Part shown: in pieces, positions 9,752 to 21,223 of the stretch | How positions within the stretch are numbered: the stretch's first letter is position 1 | Layout of the letters: every line of letters starts with the position of its first letter | Assembly: GCA_008933675.1 (NCBI GenBank) | Contig: WBUO01000001.1 | Location: 19,239-83,238 of the forward strand | Origin: Dechloromonas sp. | Lineage (GTDB): Bacteria; Pseudomonadota; Gammaproteobacteria; Burkholderiales; Rhodocyclaceae | DNA: 64,000 bases | Direction of reading: 5' to 3' | Position numbers and translations under genes: made by a program | The notes under the pieces: model-generated | Told to the model about the DNA's origin: nothing | What the model saw: only the letters and a program-made list of their open reading frames with translations | Databases searched by the model: none

Positions 9752-12004
9752 ATGGCACTCGAATACTGGACTGATGAACAAATCCTGGAGCAGCTTGATT
9801 CCGGTTACCACTGGTCCGGCCCCACGATCACCTACGCCTTCCCCGTTTCGGCAAACGACATCTACAGCTCCGACTGGGAAACCGAGGGCTTCCGTCCCCT
9901 GACCTCGACCCAGCAGCAATACGCCAAGCTGGCACTCGCCACCTGGGACGACGTGATGGCCGCCACGCTGGTGCAGACGACCAGCGGCGACTCCGATGTC
10001 GAGTTCGGTTTCACCTACATCGACATCGATTACGCCCATGCCTACTACCCGGATGCCGGCAGCGTCTGGTTCAGCAGCGATTACAGCGATCTGGCGTCAC
10101 CGCAGGTAGGCCGTCACAGTTTCATGACCTATGTCCACGAGATCGGCCATGCCCTGGGGCTCGATCACATGGGCGACTATGACGGTGACTATTACTGGAC
10201 GCCATCCAGCTATCAGGACAGCACCGTCTGGTCGATCATGTCCTATTTCGGCCCCAACTGGGGCTATGGCTACGAGAACGGTGAAGGACTGGTCGCCTGG
10301 GCTGACTGGGTGGGGGCCGACGGCAGGCTGTATACGCCGCAGACACCGATGGTCAACGACATCATGGCGATCCAGTCCATCTACGGCGCCGACACCACAA
10401 CCCGCACCGGCGACACGGTATACGGCTTCTCCAGCAACATCACCGGGCAACTGGCGAGCATCTACAACTTCACGCTGAACCGCAGCCCGATCCTCACCAT
10501 TTACGATTCCGGCGGCATCGACACCCTGAACCTCGGCGGCTGGAGCACGGCCAGCACCATCGATCTGGCGGCAGGCGCCTATTCGTCATGCAACAGCATG
10601 ACCTACAACATCGCCATCGCCTACGGCTGCGACATCGAGAATGCCGTCGGCGGCAGCGGCAACGACCATATCCTTGGCAACCAGCTGGCCAACCGTCTGG
10701 ACGGCGGGGCCGGCAACGACCAGTTGTACGGCCTCGACGGCAACGACATCCTCGACGGCAAGGCCGGCGCCGACACGTTGATCGGCGGTGACGGCGACGA
10801 CATCTATTACATCGACAACCTGCTCGACGTCCTGACCGAGACCAGCGGCACCGACGAAGTACGCAGTACGGTCAGCCATACGCTCGGCACCGACTTCGAG
10901 CATCTGACCCTGCTCGGCAGTGCTGCCCTCAACGCCACCGGCAATGCCGCTGCCAACATCCTGACCGGCAACGACGGCGCCAACGTCCTCGACGGCCTGG
11001 CCGGCGCCGACACCCTGAGCGGCGGCAAGGGCAACGACACCTACGTCATCGACGACGCCGGCGACGTCGTCGTCGAGAACCTGACCGCCCTCCAGGGCGG
11101 TGGCGTCGATCTGGTCCGCAGCGCGATCAGCTTCGACCTCGGCGACAGCAGCAACGGCAACGAGCGCAGCCAGATCGAGAACCTGACCCTCACCGGCAGC
11201 GCCGATCTCACGGCCACCGGCAATGCCCTGGCCAATCTGCTGACCGGCAATGCCGGCGCCAACATCCTCGACGGCGGCCTCGGCAGCGATACCCTCAAGG
11301 GGGCCGCCGGCAACGATACCTACCGCGTCGATCTCGTCCGCAACGGCACGACGGCCACCGTCAAGCTCGAGGATGTCGTCTCCGAAGCCGCCGGCGAAGG
11401 CAGCGACACCGTCGAACTGCGCCTGCGCGACGGTCTCGACTACAGCTTCGCCACCGCCGTCAGCACGCTGATCCTCGACGCCCATGTCGAAGCCCTCGAT
11501 GCCGACGCCACCGGCACGCTGAAACTCAACCTGACCGGCAACGCCCTGGGCAACACCCTGACCGGCAATGCTGCCGCCAATACGCTCACGGGCCTGGCCG
11601 GCGACGACCATTTGCTGGGTGGTGACGGCAACGATCTGCTCATTGGCGGACTCGGACTCGACCAACTCGATGGCGGCGACGGCAGCGACGTCTTCCGCTT
11701 CGACAGCATCCTCAATGCCGTGACCAATGTGGACGAGATCTTCGACTTCACGTCACTGACCGATATCCTGCAACTGGAAAACGGCATCTTCACCCGCCTG
11801 GCCGCCGGCAACCTGGACGCCGGGAATTTCTTCGCCGGCGGGGCCACCGTCAGCGCCCAGGATGCCAACGACTTCATTCTGTACGACAGCGACTCCGGTC
11901 GGCTCTACTACGATGCCGACGCGAACGGCAGCAGCGCTGCCATCCACTTCGCCACCCTGCTCGGACAGCCGCCGCTCACCCATACCGACTTCCAGGTGAC
12001 ATGA
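9752..12004 (+). CDS. Serralysin-like M10 zinc metalloprotease with extended RTX Ca-binding repeats
   Basis: HEIGHALGLDH zinc motif, SIMSYF Met-turn, M10_C region and many GGxGNDxLx repeats. No N-terminal signal peptide, consistent with type I secretion. Confidence 0.9.
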   Translation: MALEYWTDEQILEQLDSGYHWSGPTITYAFPVSANDIYSSDWETEGFRPLTSTQQQYAKLALATWDDVMAATLVQTTSGDSDVEFGFTYIDIDYAHAYYPDAGSVWFSSDYSDLASPQVGRHSFMTYVHEIGHALGLDHMGDYDGDYYWTPSSYQDSTVWSIMSYFGPNWGYGYENGEGLVAWADWVGADGRLYTPQTPMVNDIMAIQSIYGADTTTRTGDTVYGFSSNITGQLASIYNFTLNRSPILTIYDSGGIDTLNLGGWSTASTIDLAAGAYSSCNSMTYNIAIAYGCDIENAVGGSGNDHILGNQLANRLDGGAGNDQLYGLDGNDILDGKAGADTLIGGDGDDIYYIDNLLDVLTETSGTDEVRSTVSHTLGTDFEHLTLLGSAALNATGNAAANILTGNDGANVLDGLAGADTLSGGKGNDTYVIDDAGDVVVENLTALQGGGVDLVRSAISFDLGDSSNGNERSQIENLTLTGSADLTATGNALANLLTGNAGANILDGGLGSDTLKGAAGNDTYRVDLVRNGTTATVKLEDVVSEAAGEGSDTVELRLRDGLDYSFATAVSTLILDAHVEALDADATGTLKLNLTGNALGNTLTGNAAANTLTGLAGDDHLLGGDGNDLLIGGLGLDQLDGGDGSDVFRFDSILNAVTNVDEIFDFTSLTDILQLENGIFTRLAAGNLDAGNFFAGGATVSAQDANDFILYDSDSGRLYYDADANGSSAAIHFATLLGQPPLTHTDFQVT

Positions 12005-12212
12005 ATCGCACCGCGGGAAGGCGCCAACGCCGCCCCCCCGCTCGCGCAGCAGTGACTTCCCGATGGAAAACGCAGGGCCCTGCGTTTGAGGTGCAACTCT
12101 CGATGAGGATGGCCGGTGGCGCAGCCGGTTCGGGCAACGGAAATTCAGCCTTGGCCGGCAAAAGCTGCTACGAGATTAGCCTGTCCATGAGAGAGACATT
12201 CCGCGTGGCAAA

Positions 12213-12250
12213 AGCAAAAACGGCAACCTGTGAGGGTTGCCGTTTTTGCT
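12213..12250. terminator. Bidirectional intrinsic terminator between the protease gene and tRNA-Phe
   Basis: 16-bp stem agcaaaaacggcaacc / ggttgccgtttttgct with A and T tracts. Confidence 0.8.
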
Positions 12251-12260
12251 TGGAATGCTT

Positions 12261-12336
12261 TGGTGGCCAATCGCGGAATCGAACCACGGACACGCGGATT
12301 TTCAATCCGCTGCTCTACCAACTGAGCTAATTGGCC
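12261..12336 (-). tRNA. tRNA-Phe (GAA)
   Basis: Reverse complement GGCCAATTAGCTCAGTTGGTAGAGC...TTGAAAA...GGTTCGATTCC...CCA is a 76-nt cloverleaf. Confidence 0.97.
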
Positions 12337-12415
12337 AAAAGGAGGGCGCATTATAGCGAGGTCACCGCCCCCGCGCAACAGGATTGGGCGTCAACAGGGG
12401 ATTCGCGGCACTCGC

Positions 12416-13900
12416 TCAGGGGCCGAGTGGCGGAGACTGGCGATAGAGTTCGGAAAAATCGTCGGGCGGAGGTAACGGCGGTGCCGGCGGACGCCAGGGC
12501 GCGAAGAGCACGCGGGCGATGGCGCCGCGCCCCTTGGGGTTGGGCTTGAGGCTGGCACGGGCGTCGTGCTGGTCGGCAATTTCCTGGACGATGGCGAGAC
12601 CTAGGCCGCTGCCTTCGGTATTCGCATCGTCGACCCGGTAGAAGCGCTCGAAGACCATTTCCGACTGCTCCTCGCTGATGCCGATTCCGTCGTCCTCGAC
12701 TTCCAGGGCAACGCTGCGCGCTGTGACGACGATCCGGCAGGTGACATGCCCGCCGGCCGGCGTGTAGCGGAGGGCATTGTCCACCAGGTTCTTGGCCAGC
12801 TCGCGCAACAGGAAGGCATTGCCGACGATCATCGCCTGGCCTTCCGCCTCGTAGCCGAGATCGATGCCCTTCTCGATGGCGACCATGACCCAGTCCTCGA
12901 CAACCTCGCGGATGAGAACGGCGAGATCGAGCGGTTCGTGTCGCTGTTGCGCCGGCTCGCCGCCGCCCTCGGTACGGGCCAGCGTGAGCAGCTGGTTGAC
13001 CAGGCGGCCGGCACGATCGACGCCGGTGGCGATCTGTTGCAAGGCGTGACGCAGGGATTCCGGATCAGTCTCGCGCATGGCGAACTGGGCCTGGGTCTTC
13101 AGTCCGGTCAGCGGCGTGCGCATCTGGTGTGCGGCATCGGCGACGAAGCGCTGCTGGGCGCCGACATTGCGTTTCATGCGCTCGAGCATTTCGTTGAAGG
13201 CCTCGACCAGCGGCTCCAGCTCTTCCGGCACCCGACGCGTGGCGATCGGCGAAAGGTCGGCCGGATCGCGGGTTTCGATGGTCTGGCGCAGGCGGGTCAG
13301 TGGCCGCAAGCCGCGCGACAGGCCGAACCAGACGAGCATGACGGCGAGCGGGATGATGATGAACTGCGGCAGGATGACGCTGGCAACGATCTTGTTGGCC
13401 AGCTGGTTGCGTTTCTCGGTCGTTTCGGCGACTTCGACGAGAATCCAGTTCTTGCTCGATTCGGTCGTCTCGGCCAGGAAGGTATAAGCGAAGCGCAGAT
13501 CCTGGCCATTGAACTCGGCATCGCGCAGGTAGATTTCGCCGGGCAGCAGGTCGCTCTGGGCGGAGAAATCGGGAATCGGCAGATCGCGATCACCGGCCAG
13601 GAACTTGCCGTTGCGCGTGACCACATGGAAATAGACGGAGTCGGTTTCATCGGCCCGCAGGAAGGCACGAGCCGAGGCCGGCAGGTTGAGTATGGGTTTG
13701 CCGTCGACCAGCTTGACCTGGCGGGCAATGGCGGCAACGTGTTCGCGCAGGGCCTGGTCGTAGGGAAAGTTGGCGACGCTGTTGGCGAAGTAGTGGGTGA
13801 AGGCGATCGACAGCGGCCAGACGAACAGCAGCGGCGCCAGCATCCAGTCGAGAATCTCGCCAAATAGCGAGCGCTCGGTATCGGCAGGAGCAGCAGGCAA
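12416..13900 (-). CDS. Sensor histidine kinase, TctE/QseC-like
   Basis: TM-periplasmic-TM-HAMP, DAAHQMRTP H-box, and N, G1 and G2 boxes. TTG start just after the response regulator stop is inferred. Confidence 0.88.
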   Translation of the reverse strand: MPAAPADTERSLFGEILDWMLAPLLFVWPLSIAFTHYFANSVANFPYDQALREHVAAIARQVKLVDGKPILNLPASARAFLRADETDSVYFHVVTRNGKFLAGDRDLPIPDFSAQSDLLPGEIYLRDAEFNGQDLRFAYTFLAETTESSKNWILVEVAETTEKRNQLANKIVASVILPQFIIIPLAVMLVWFGLSRGLRPLTRLRQTIETRDPADLSPIATRRVPEELEPLVEAFNEMLERMKRNVGAQQRFVADAAHQMRTPLTGLKTQAQFAMRETDPESLRHALQQIATGVDRAGRLVNQLLTLARTEGGGEPAQQRHEPLDLAVLIREVVEDWVMVAIEKGIDLGYEAEGQAMIVGNAFLLRELAKNLVDNALRYTPAGGHVTCRIVVTARSVALEVEDDGIGISEEQSEMVFERFYRVDDANTEGSGLGLAIVQEIADQHDARASLKPNPKGRGAIARVLFAPWRPPAPPLPPPDDFSELYRQSPPLGP

Positions 13901-13901
13901 C

Positions 13902-14573
13902 TCAGTCGCCTTGCGGACGTTCGAGGCAGTAGCCGAGGCCCCGCACGGTGGCGATCTTGACGCCGCCAGCCTCCAGCTTCTTGCGCAGGCGATGCACGTA
14001 AACCTCGATGGCATTGTGGCTGACCTCTTCGCCCCAGCCGCACAGGTGATCGACCAGCTGGTCCTTGCTGACCAGGCGCCCCATGCGGGTCAGCAGGACT
14101 TCCAGCAGGCCGATCTCGCGGGCCGACAGGTCGAGCGTCTGCCCCTGGATCTGTGCGACGCGGCCGACCTGGTCATAGCTCAACTGGCCGCACTGGATGG
14201 TCGGCGTCGTCCCCGCCGAGCGCCGGGTCAGGGCGCGGACGCGGGCTTCCAGCTCGGCCAGCTCGAAAGGCTTGACCATGTAGTCATCGGCCCCGAGATC
14301 GAGCCCCTTGACCCGGTCACCGGTACCGTCGAGGGCAGTGAGGATGAGGACCGGCACCTTGGAACCGCGGGCGCGCAGGCGCTTGAGTACGTCGAGGCCG
14401 GGCAGCTTGGGCAGACCGAGATCGAGAATCAGCAGGTCATAGCTGACGGTGAGCAGGGCGGCATCCGCCTCCAGGCCATTGGGTGCCCAGTCGACGGCAT
14501 ACCCCCCCTGGCGTAACGAACGGGTCAGACCATCGGCGATGATGGCGTCGTCTTCAGCAATCAGAATGCGCAT
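13902..14573 (-). CDS. OmpR-family response regulator, TctD/QseB-like
   Basis: MRILIAEDD, LDLGLP, GADDYMVKPF and the winged-helix IATVRGLGY motif. Confidence 0.92.
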   Translation of the reverse strand: MRILIAEDDAIIADGLTRSLRQGGYAVDWAPNGLEADAALLTVSYDLLILDLGLPKLPGLDVLKRLRARGSKVPVLILTALDGTGDRVKGLDLGADDYMVKPFELAELEARVRALTRRSAGTTPTIQCGQLSYDQVGRVAQIQGQTLDLSAREIGLLEVLLTRMGRLVSKDQLVDHLCGWGEEVSHNAIEVYVHRLRKKLEAGGVKIATVRGLGYCLERPQGD

Positions 14574-14799
14574 ATGTCGATAACCCCGAGCGTCGTAAGA
14601 CTTTTGTAAGCCTGCAACATTAATCTGTGCGGGCTGTTCTCCTTTTATGGTCTTTGGAGTGCGTGGCGCAAGCCGCGACTCAGGGGGTGGTCCGATCCTG
14701 CACTGGGCGACCCCCTACCGTTTTTTTCCCCCGAAACCTGACAAGTCTAGCAAATAAAGTCCGCTGCAAATCTTGCAGCGCACAAGCGCGCCCGTGCGC

Positions 14800-16551
14800 T
14801 CAATGCGGACTGTTGCCCACCGAACCGATGCCCGTTTCCGAGCGGATTTCCTGATCGCGGAAGAGCAGTCGCTCGCGTTGCGCCTGCTCGCCCCGGTCGA
14901 GCAGCGAGAACAGCCAGACGCCGATGAAACCGATCGTCATCGAGAAGAGACAGGGCGAGGCATAGGGGAAGGGGGCAGAGCCCGGCGCATTGTCGAACAC
15001 GCCCTCCCAGATCAGCGGCGAGAACAGCGTCAGCGCAACCGACGAGAGCAAGCCGAGAAAGCCGCCGATCACGGCTCCGCGCGTCGTGCAGTTCTTCCAC
15101 AGCACCGACATGAACAGCACCGGAAAATTGGCCGAGGCTGCTACGGCAAACGCCAGTGAAACCATGTAGGCGATGTTCTGCTTCTCGAAGGCGATACCAA
15201 GCAGGATGGCGACCAGCCCGAGACAAAGCGTTGTCAGACGGGAAACGCGCAGCTCGCCCCGCGGGTCGCCGCACCCCTTGTTGAACACGGCGACATAGAG
15301 GTCGTGTGCGACGGCAGAGGCGCCGGACAAGGTCAGCCCGGCGACGACCGCCAGGATAGTGGCGAAGGCGACGGCAGCGATGAAGCCGAAGAACAGATTG
15401 CCGCCAAGGGCGCTGGCCAGATGCACGGCAGCCATGTTGCTGCCGCCGATGAGCTCCCCCCTGGCATCGAGGAACTGTGGATCGGTCAGCACGAAGGTGA
15501 TGGCACCGAAGCCGATGATGAAGGTCAGCAGGTAGAAGTAACCGATCCAGGTGGTCGCCCAGAGCACGGATTTACGCGCCTCCTTGGCGTTGGGTACGGT
15601 GAAGAAACGCATCAGCACGTGCGGCAGCCCTGCCGTGCCGAACATCAGCGCCAGGCCGAAGGAAATGACGGATACCGGATCGTCGAGGAAGCCCCCGGGC
15701 CCCATGATGGCCAGACCGCCGGCGGCAACCTCGCTGGCCATCAGGTTGGCCGCCTCGACCTGACCGAGACCGCCACTGACCGCCTGGGCAACCAGTTCGC
15801 GCTGGGCGAACTGGGTCTTGACCTCGATCGCCCGGGCGAACAGGGCCTCCGCGCTGAAGCCGTAATGCAGGAGGACGAGAAAGGCCATCAGCGTCGCCCC
15901 GAAGAGCAGCATCACCGCCTTGATGATCTGCACCCAGGTTGTCGACGTCATGCCGCCGACCAGCACATAGGCCGTCATCAGCGCCCCGACGATGAGCACC
16001 GACATCCAGTATTCAAGACCAAACAACAGCTTGACCAGATGACCGGCTCCGACCATCTGGGCGATCAGGTAGAAGGCGACGACGATCAGCGTCGAGATTG
16101 CCGCGAAGCCGCGGATGGGCGTTTGCCGGAAGCGGTAGCCGGCGACATCGGCGAAGGTGAACTTGCCCAGGTTGCGCAGGCGCTCGGCCATCAGGAAGGT
16201 GACGATGGGCCAGCCGACGAGGAAGCCGATCGAGTAGAGCAGGCCGTCGTAACCGTAAACCATGACGGCAGCCGAAATGCCGAGAAAGGAAGCGGCCGAC
16301 ATGTAATCGCCGGCGATAGCCAGGCCGTTCTGAAAACCGGAAATACCACCGCCGACGGCGTAGAAATCAGCCGCCGCCCGCGACTTGGCAGCCGCCCACT
16401 TGGTGGCGTAGAGCATGGCCACGACGAAGAAGCCGAAGCTCATGATCGCCGTCCAGTTGGTCAGCTGCCGGGGTGCCGCAGCCCCTGTCGCCGCCCCGGC
16501 GACGCCGGCCAGGAACAATGCGCCGAGCAGGACGGAGAAGCGGATGATCAC
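14800..16551 (-). CDS. actP: Cation/acetate symporter ActP (SSS family)
   Basis: [34 protein letters not shown] and [11 protein letters not shown] motifs. Confidence 0.9.
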   Translation of the reverse strand: MIIRFSVLLGALFLAGVAGAATGAAAPRQLTNWTAIMSFGFFVVAMLYATKWAAAKSRAAADFYAVGGGISGFQNGLAIAGDYMSAASFLGISAAVMVYGYDGLLYSIGFLVGWPIVTFLMAERLRNLGKFTFADVAGYRFRQTPIRGFAAISTLIVVAFYLIAQMVGAGHLVKLLFGLEYWMSVLIVGALMTAYVLVGGMTSTTWVQIIKAVMLLFGATLMAFLVLLHYGFSAEALFARAIEVKTQFAQRELVAQAVSGGLGQVEAANLMASEVAAGGLAIMGPGGFLDDPVSVISFGLALMFGTAGLPHVLMRFFTVPNAKEARKSVLWATTWIGYFYLLTFIIGFGAITFVLTDPQFLDARGELIGGSNMAAVHLASALGGNLFFGFIAAVAFATILAVVAGLTLSGASAVAHDLYVAVFNKGCGDPRGELRVSRLTTLCLGLVAILLGIAFEKQNIAYMVSLAFAVAASANFPVLFMSVLWKNCTTRGAVIGGFLGLLSSVALTLFSPLIWEGVFDNAPGSAPFPYASPCLFSMTIGFIGVWLFSLLDRGEQAQRERLLFRDQEIRSETGIGSVGNSPH

Positions 16552-16859
16552 TTGCGCAACTCCCGGATGATGTCGTCCTTCAGGGCGTCGAATTCGCGGT
16601 TGGCCCGCCGGACATAGACAGCGGTGACGGCAATGGTGAAGACGATGACACCGATGCCGAGGGGGATGCCGATGGTCGTCGCAGCCATTCCAGCGACAGG
16701 CGTTTCCAGCCAGTCGGCGGCGAAGGCGACCAGGGCCAGGTAGGCCAGATAGACGCCGAGCACCAGCAAGGTCAGGCCCCAGGCAAAACGGCGGCGCGTT
16801 CTCTTGAGAAGAAGGTATTTCGGATTTTCCCGGATCCGCTCATAGATGTTGCTTTGCAT
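16548..16859 (-). CDS. DUF485 (YjcH-like) small membrane protein
   Basis: Two TM helices, [10 protein letters not shown] motif, ATGA overlap with actP. Confidence 0.85.
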   Translation of the reverse strand: MQSNIYERIRENPKYLLLKRTRRRFAWGLTLLVLGVYLAYLALVAFAADWLETPVAGMAATTIGIPLGIGVIVFTIAVTAVYVRRANREFDALKDDIIRELRK

Positions 16860-16940
16860 GAATTGCTTCCCGGACATCAGGCGAGGGGCGCATTCTAGCC
16901 GACGATGGAAGTTTCTTTCGCGGCGCGCAGCGCGGAAATG

Positions 16941-16967
16941 AAAAAACCCCGCGCGAGGCGGGGTTTT
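16941..16967 (-). terminator. groEL intrinsic terminator
   Basis: aaaaccccgc / gcggggtttt stem with a U-tract on the minus strand, 25 bp after the groEL stop. Confidence 0.85.
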
Positions 16968-16992
16968 CGTTAGCCGCAAGGCCGACCGGACA

Positions 16993-18645
<1,653 letters not shown>

Positions 18646-18692
18646 TTAAATAGCTCCTGAATTTGATCTGTTGAGTTGGTCGACTGCAGCGC

Positions 18693-18983
18693 TTACTTCT
18701 GCAGGACACCCATGATGTCTTCTTCACGCATGACCAGGACTTCCTGGCCATCGACCTTGACGGCCTGGCCGGCGTACTTGCCGAACAGGACGCGATCGCC
18801 GACCTTGACGTCGAGGGCGATCTGCTTGCCGTTGTCGTCGCGCTTGCCCGGGCCGACGGCCAGGACTTCGCCCTGATCCGGCTTCTCGCCGGCGGAATCG
18901 GGGATGACGATACCGGAAGCGGTGGTGCGCTCGGCTTCAACGCGCTTGACGATCACGCGGTCGTGCAAAGGACGGATATTCAT
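18693..18983 (-). CDS. groS: Co-chaperonin GroES
   Basis: [14 protein letters not shown]...[12 protein letters not shown]...[10 protein letters not shown]. Confidence 0.98.
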   Translation of the reverse strand: MNIRPLHDRVIVKRVEAERTTASGIVIPDSAGEKPDQGEVLAVGPGKRDDNGKQIALDVKVGDRVLFGKYAGQAVKVDGQEVLVMREEDIMGVLQK

Positions 18984-19077
18984 AAAGCTGACTCCTGAAC
19001 AATGAGTAGTGAGTTGCGACAGACTGAAATGGGCCGGGCCGGAGCGTTGCGGCACCGGGACCGAACGGGAGCGACTG

Positions 19078-19104
19078 TTAGCACTCGTCGTCGGTGAGTG
19101 CTAA
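19078..19104. promoter_or_regulatory. CIRCE operator (HrcA site)
   Basis: Perfect TTAGCACTC-N9-GAGTGCTAA upstream of groS. Confidence 0.95.
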
Positions 19105-19106
19105 TA

Positions 19107-19133
19107 ATAGGGGCCGACCTGATGGATTTCAAG
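19107..19133 (-). promoter_or_regulatory. sigma32 heat-shock promoter of groESL
   Basis: Minus strand CTTGAA-N14-CCCCTAT, immediately upstream of CIRCE. Confidence 0.8.
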
Positions 19134-19149
19134 GGCCGTCGGTCAACTT

Positions 19150-19237
19150 TGTTCCGTGGTAGGAGGGAAATTTGATTTCGGGATTCTGGCAACTAGAAAT
19201 CGGGATTCTGGCAACTAGAAATTGGGAACGGTGCAAT
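19150..19237 (+). repeat. Left-hand terminal repeat array of 22-bp units (putative transposase-binding sites)
   Basis: cgggattctggcaactagaaat is exactly duplicated (19179-19200, 19201-19222), with degenerate units in the same 22-bp phase starting at the terminal TG (19150). Confidence 0.8.
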
Positions 19238-19368
19238 TCTCCCGGCCGTAGCACGGCGAGTGATCGCCGGTGTAGGGCGCCGTAAGATTTCGACAATAAA
19301 AAAAATTATTTGTCGGCAGTCGTTCGGCGGATGTCTTCGCTTCGCCGTCGGCGCATCATTTTCATCGG

Positions 19369-21120
19369 TTACGGCATGATCATGGTGCGGCCGCTATCGA
19401 TGTCCATCCTCACGCGTGGATTGGTGTTCGATGCGATCACGGCGGCCGGTTCGCCCTTCACGACGACCTCGATCCGCCCATCGAGCTCGGCACGGCTCTT
19501 CTCACGGTAGGCGGCAAACTCGGCTTCCTTATTGAATCCAACGCCGTGAAGGATTTTGCGGAGCGTCTCAGAAACCCCGGATAGCGCATTGACGCGGTTG
19601 CCGTCATTCGATGTGTCGCCCGCCCATTGCGAAACGCCGTACATCAATGCCAACGGGGCTGCGGCCATCCCAATATTTCCGGCCATCCGGAATCCGCCTT
19701 TGGCGGTCGGAATCTTGGCGGCCGGTTTTCCTCCTGGCAAACCAGGAATATCCGTGCCTCCGATGGAGGCGGGCCAGTTGACCACGAAGACAGGGGTTAC
19801 TCCGGCGGCGGCTTCGAGAGCCTTTCCCTGGGCAACGCCAGCAGCGGTTCCGCCGAACTTGTTCATCAGCCCGGAAATGGCTTTCCCGCCGTAACGAGAA
19901 GCGCCGAAGATGCCCAAGGCCCCTAAAGCGCCGCCAGCCAACATGTCTTTCCCGTCCAGTTCCAGCCCGCCGTTTTCCTTCTTCTCGAGACCCCAGTTCA
20001 CAAGGTTGGTAAACGCGTCGTTGATCGGTTGGGCAAACTCGTCGGCGGCAAGGCCGAGAACGCCGCGCAGTCTTTCAGCTGCAACTGCGGCATTGTTGAT
20101 TGACTCCTGAATGTCCCGGCCAGTGCTACCTGCCGCAGTGCTGATAGCTTTCTCGACCGGGCCAAACTTGTCGAGGAGTCCCGTGAGCAAGGCGCGCTGT
20201 CCCTCGATGGTGTCTTTGTCGGCACCGCCGAACGCCATGTCGAGGGCTTTCATCTGCTGGGCGTCCGTCTTGAACCGCTTGAACTTTTCCTGCATCTCGC
20301 GCAGCACCTGAATCGGGTCGCGGTTCATGCCGTTCTCGTCAGTGAATTTAACGCCTGACGCCTTTTCTGCCTTGTCCCGATAATCCTTGATGGTGAACAC
20401 GCGCAGAGTGGATTCCGCCAACGTCGACAGCCGTTCAGGGTTGGGCTGAACAAGGGACAACGTCTCAATGAATGCCAGCGTCTGATCCAGATTCATCCCG
20501 GCGGCCTTGGCCGACCCGCCTACCGTAGCGAACAGGGCGGGCAGGTTGCTCAGTTCTGCAAAACCTTGCTCACCGGCAACCTTCATCTTGTCGAGAACAA
20601 GGCGAGCCTGTTCTATGTCTCGCAGGTCGATTTTGAAATGCTCTTTGACAACACCCAAGGCTTTCGCGAGATCGGCCGCATTGGTCTTTGCCGTTGCCAT
20701 CACTTCGGCAATTGGTCCGATGGTCGCCCTTGCTTCTGTAAGGCTGGCGCCGCCCGCGACCAGGGCGTCAACCCCTTGCCGAAGGGTATCGGTGGACTGA
20801 CCGGTTTGGCGCTGCAGGTCGTAGAGTTCCTTGCGCAAGCCGCCAATTGCCTCGGACGTGGCGCCGGTGGTGTTCTTGAGGTATTGCAGCTCCTTATCCA
20901 GCGCTGCTGACTTCACGATGGTAGCCACGGCGCCGACGGTCAGGCCAAGAGAGGCGAACTGCCCTTGCACGCTGCCTATCATGCCCTTCAAAGCGTCGAA
21001 CTCCTGGCGGGCGCCTCTACCGAAGCGCCGAACGCCGCCTTCGGCTTGGGTCAGGCCAGCCACGAAGCGCGATGCATCTGCATGCAGCCTTACCGCCAGT
21101 GACATGTCTCGGGTGCTCAT
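19369..21120 (-). CDS. Phage tail tape-measure protein
   Basis: 583 aa, Ala/Gly-rich and helical. Starts MSTRDMSLAVRLHADASRFVAGL; core KMKVAGEQGFAELSNL resembles the TP901-type tape-measure core. Confidence 0.8.
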   Translation of the reverse strand: MSTRDMSLAVRLHADASRFVAGLTQAEGGVRRFGRGARQEFDALKGMIGSVQGQFASLGLTVGAVATIVKSAALDKELQYLKNTTGATSEAIGGLRKELYDLQRQTGQSTDTLRQGVDALVAGGASLTEARATIGPIAEVMATAKTNAADLAKALGVVKEHFKIDLRDIEQARLVLDKMKVAGEQGFAELSNLPALFATVGGSAKAAGMNLDQTLAFIETLSLVQPNPERLSTLAESTLRVFTIKDYRDKAEKASGVKFTDENGMNRDPIQVLREMQEKFKRFKTDAQQMKALDMAFGGADKDTIEGQRALLTGLLDKFGPVEKAISTAAGSTGRDIQESINNAAVAAERLRGVLGLAADEFAQPINDAFTNLVNWGLEKKENGGLELDGKDMLAGGALGALGIFGASRYGGKAISGLMNKFGGTAAGVAQGKALEAAAGVTPVFVVNWPASIGGTDIPGLPGGKPAAKIPTAKGGFRMAGNIGMAAAPLALMYGVSQWAGDTSNDGNRVNALSGVSETLRKILHGVGFNKEAEFAAYREKSRAELDGRIEVVVKGEPAAVIASNTNPRVRMDIDSGRTMIMP

Positions 21121-21223
21121 TTTGGCCTCTCAGCGTGAATGGGTTACAGCCATGGGTCGAGGGCCATTGAGACGCTATGGCTGCTCTTGCGTCTCTGGCG
21201 TTACTCAGAGGAGGATTCCCAAG

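Noticed and set aside
7600-12260. Genomic island integrated at the tRNA-Phe 3' end
   Set aside because: I found no duplicated tRNA 3' fragment and no integrase in the window.
19179-19222. Exact 22-bp tandem repeat as a CRISPR array
   Set aside because: There are no spacers, only two exact copies, and no cas genes; it is better explained as transposase-binding sites.
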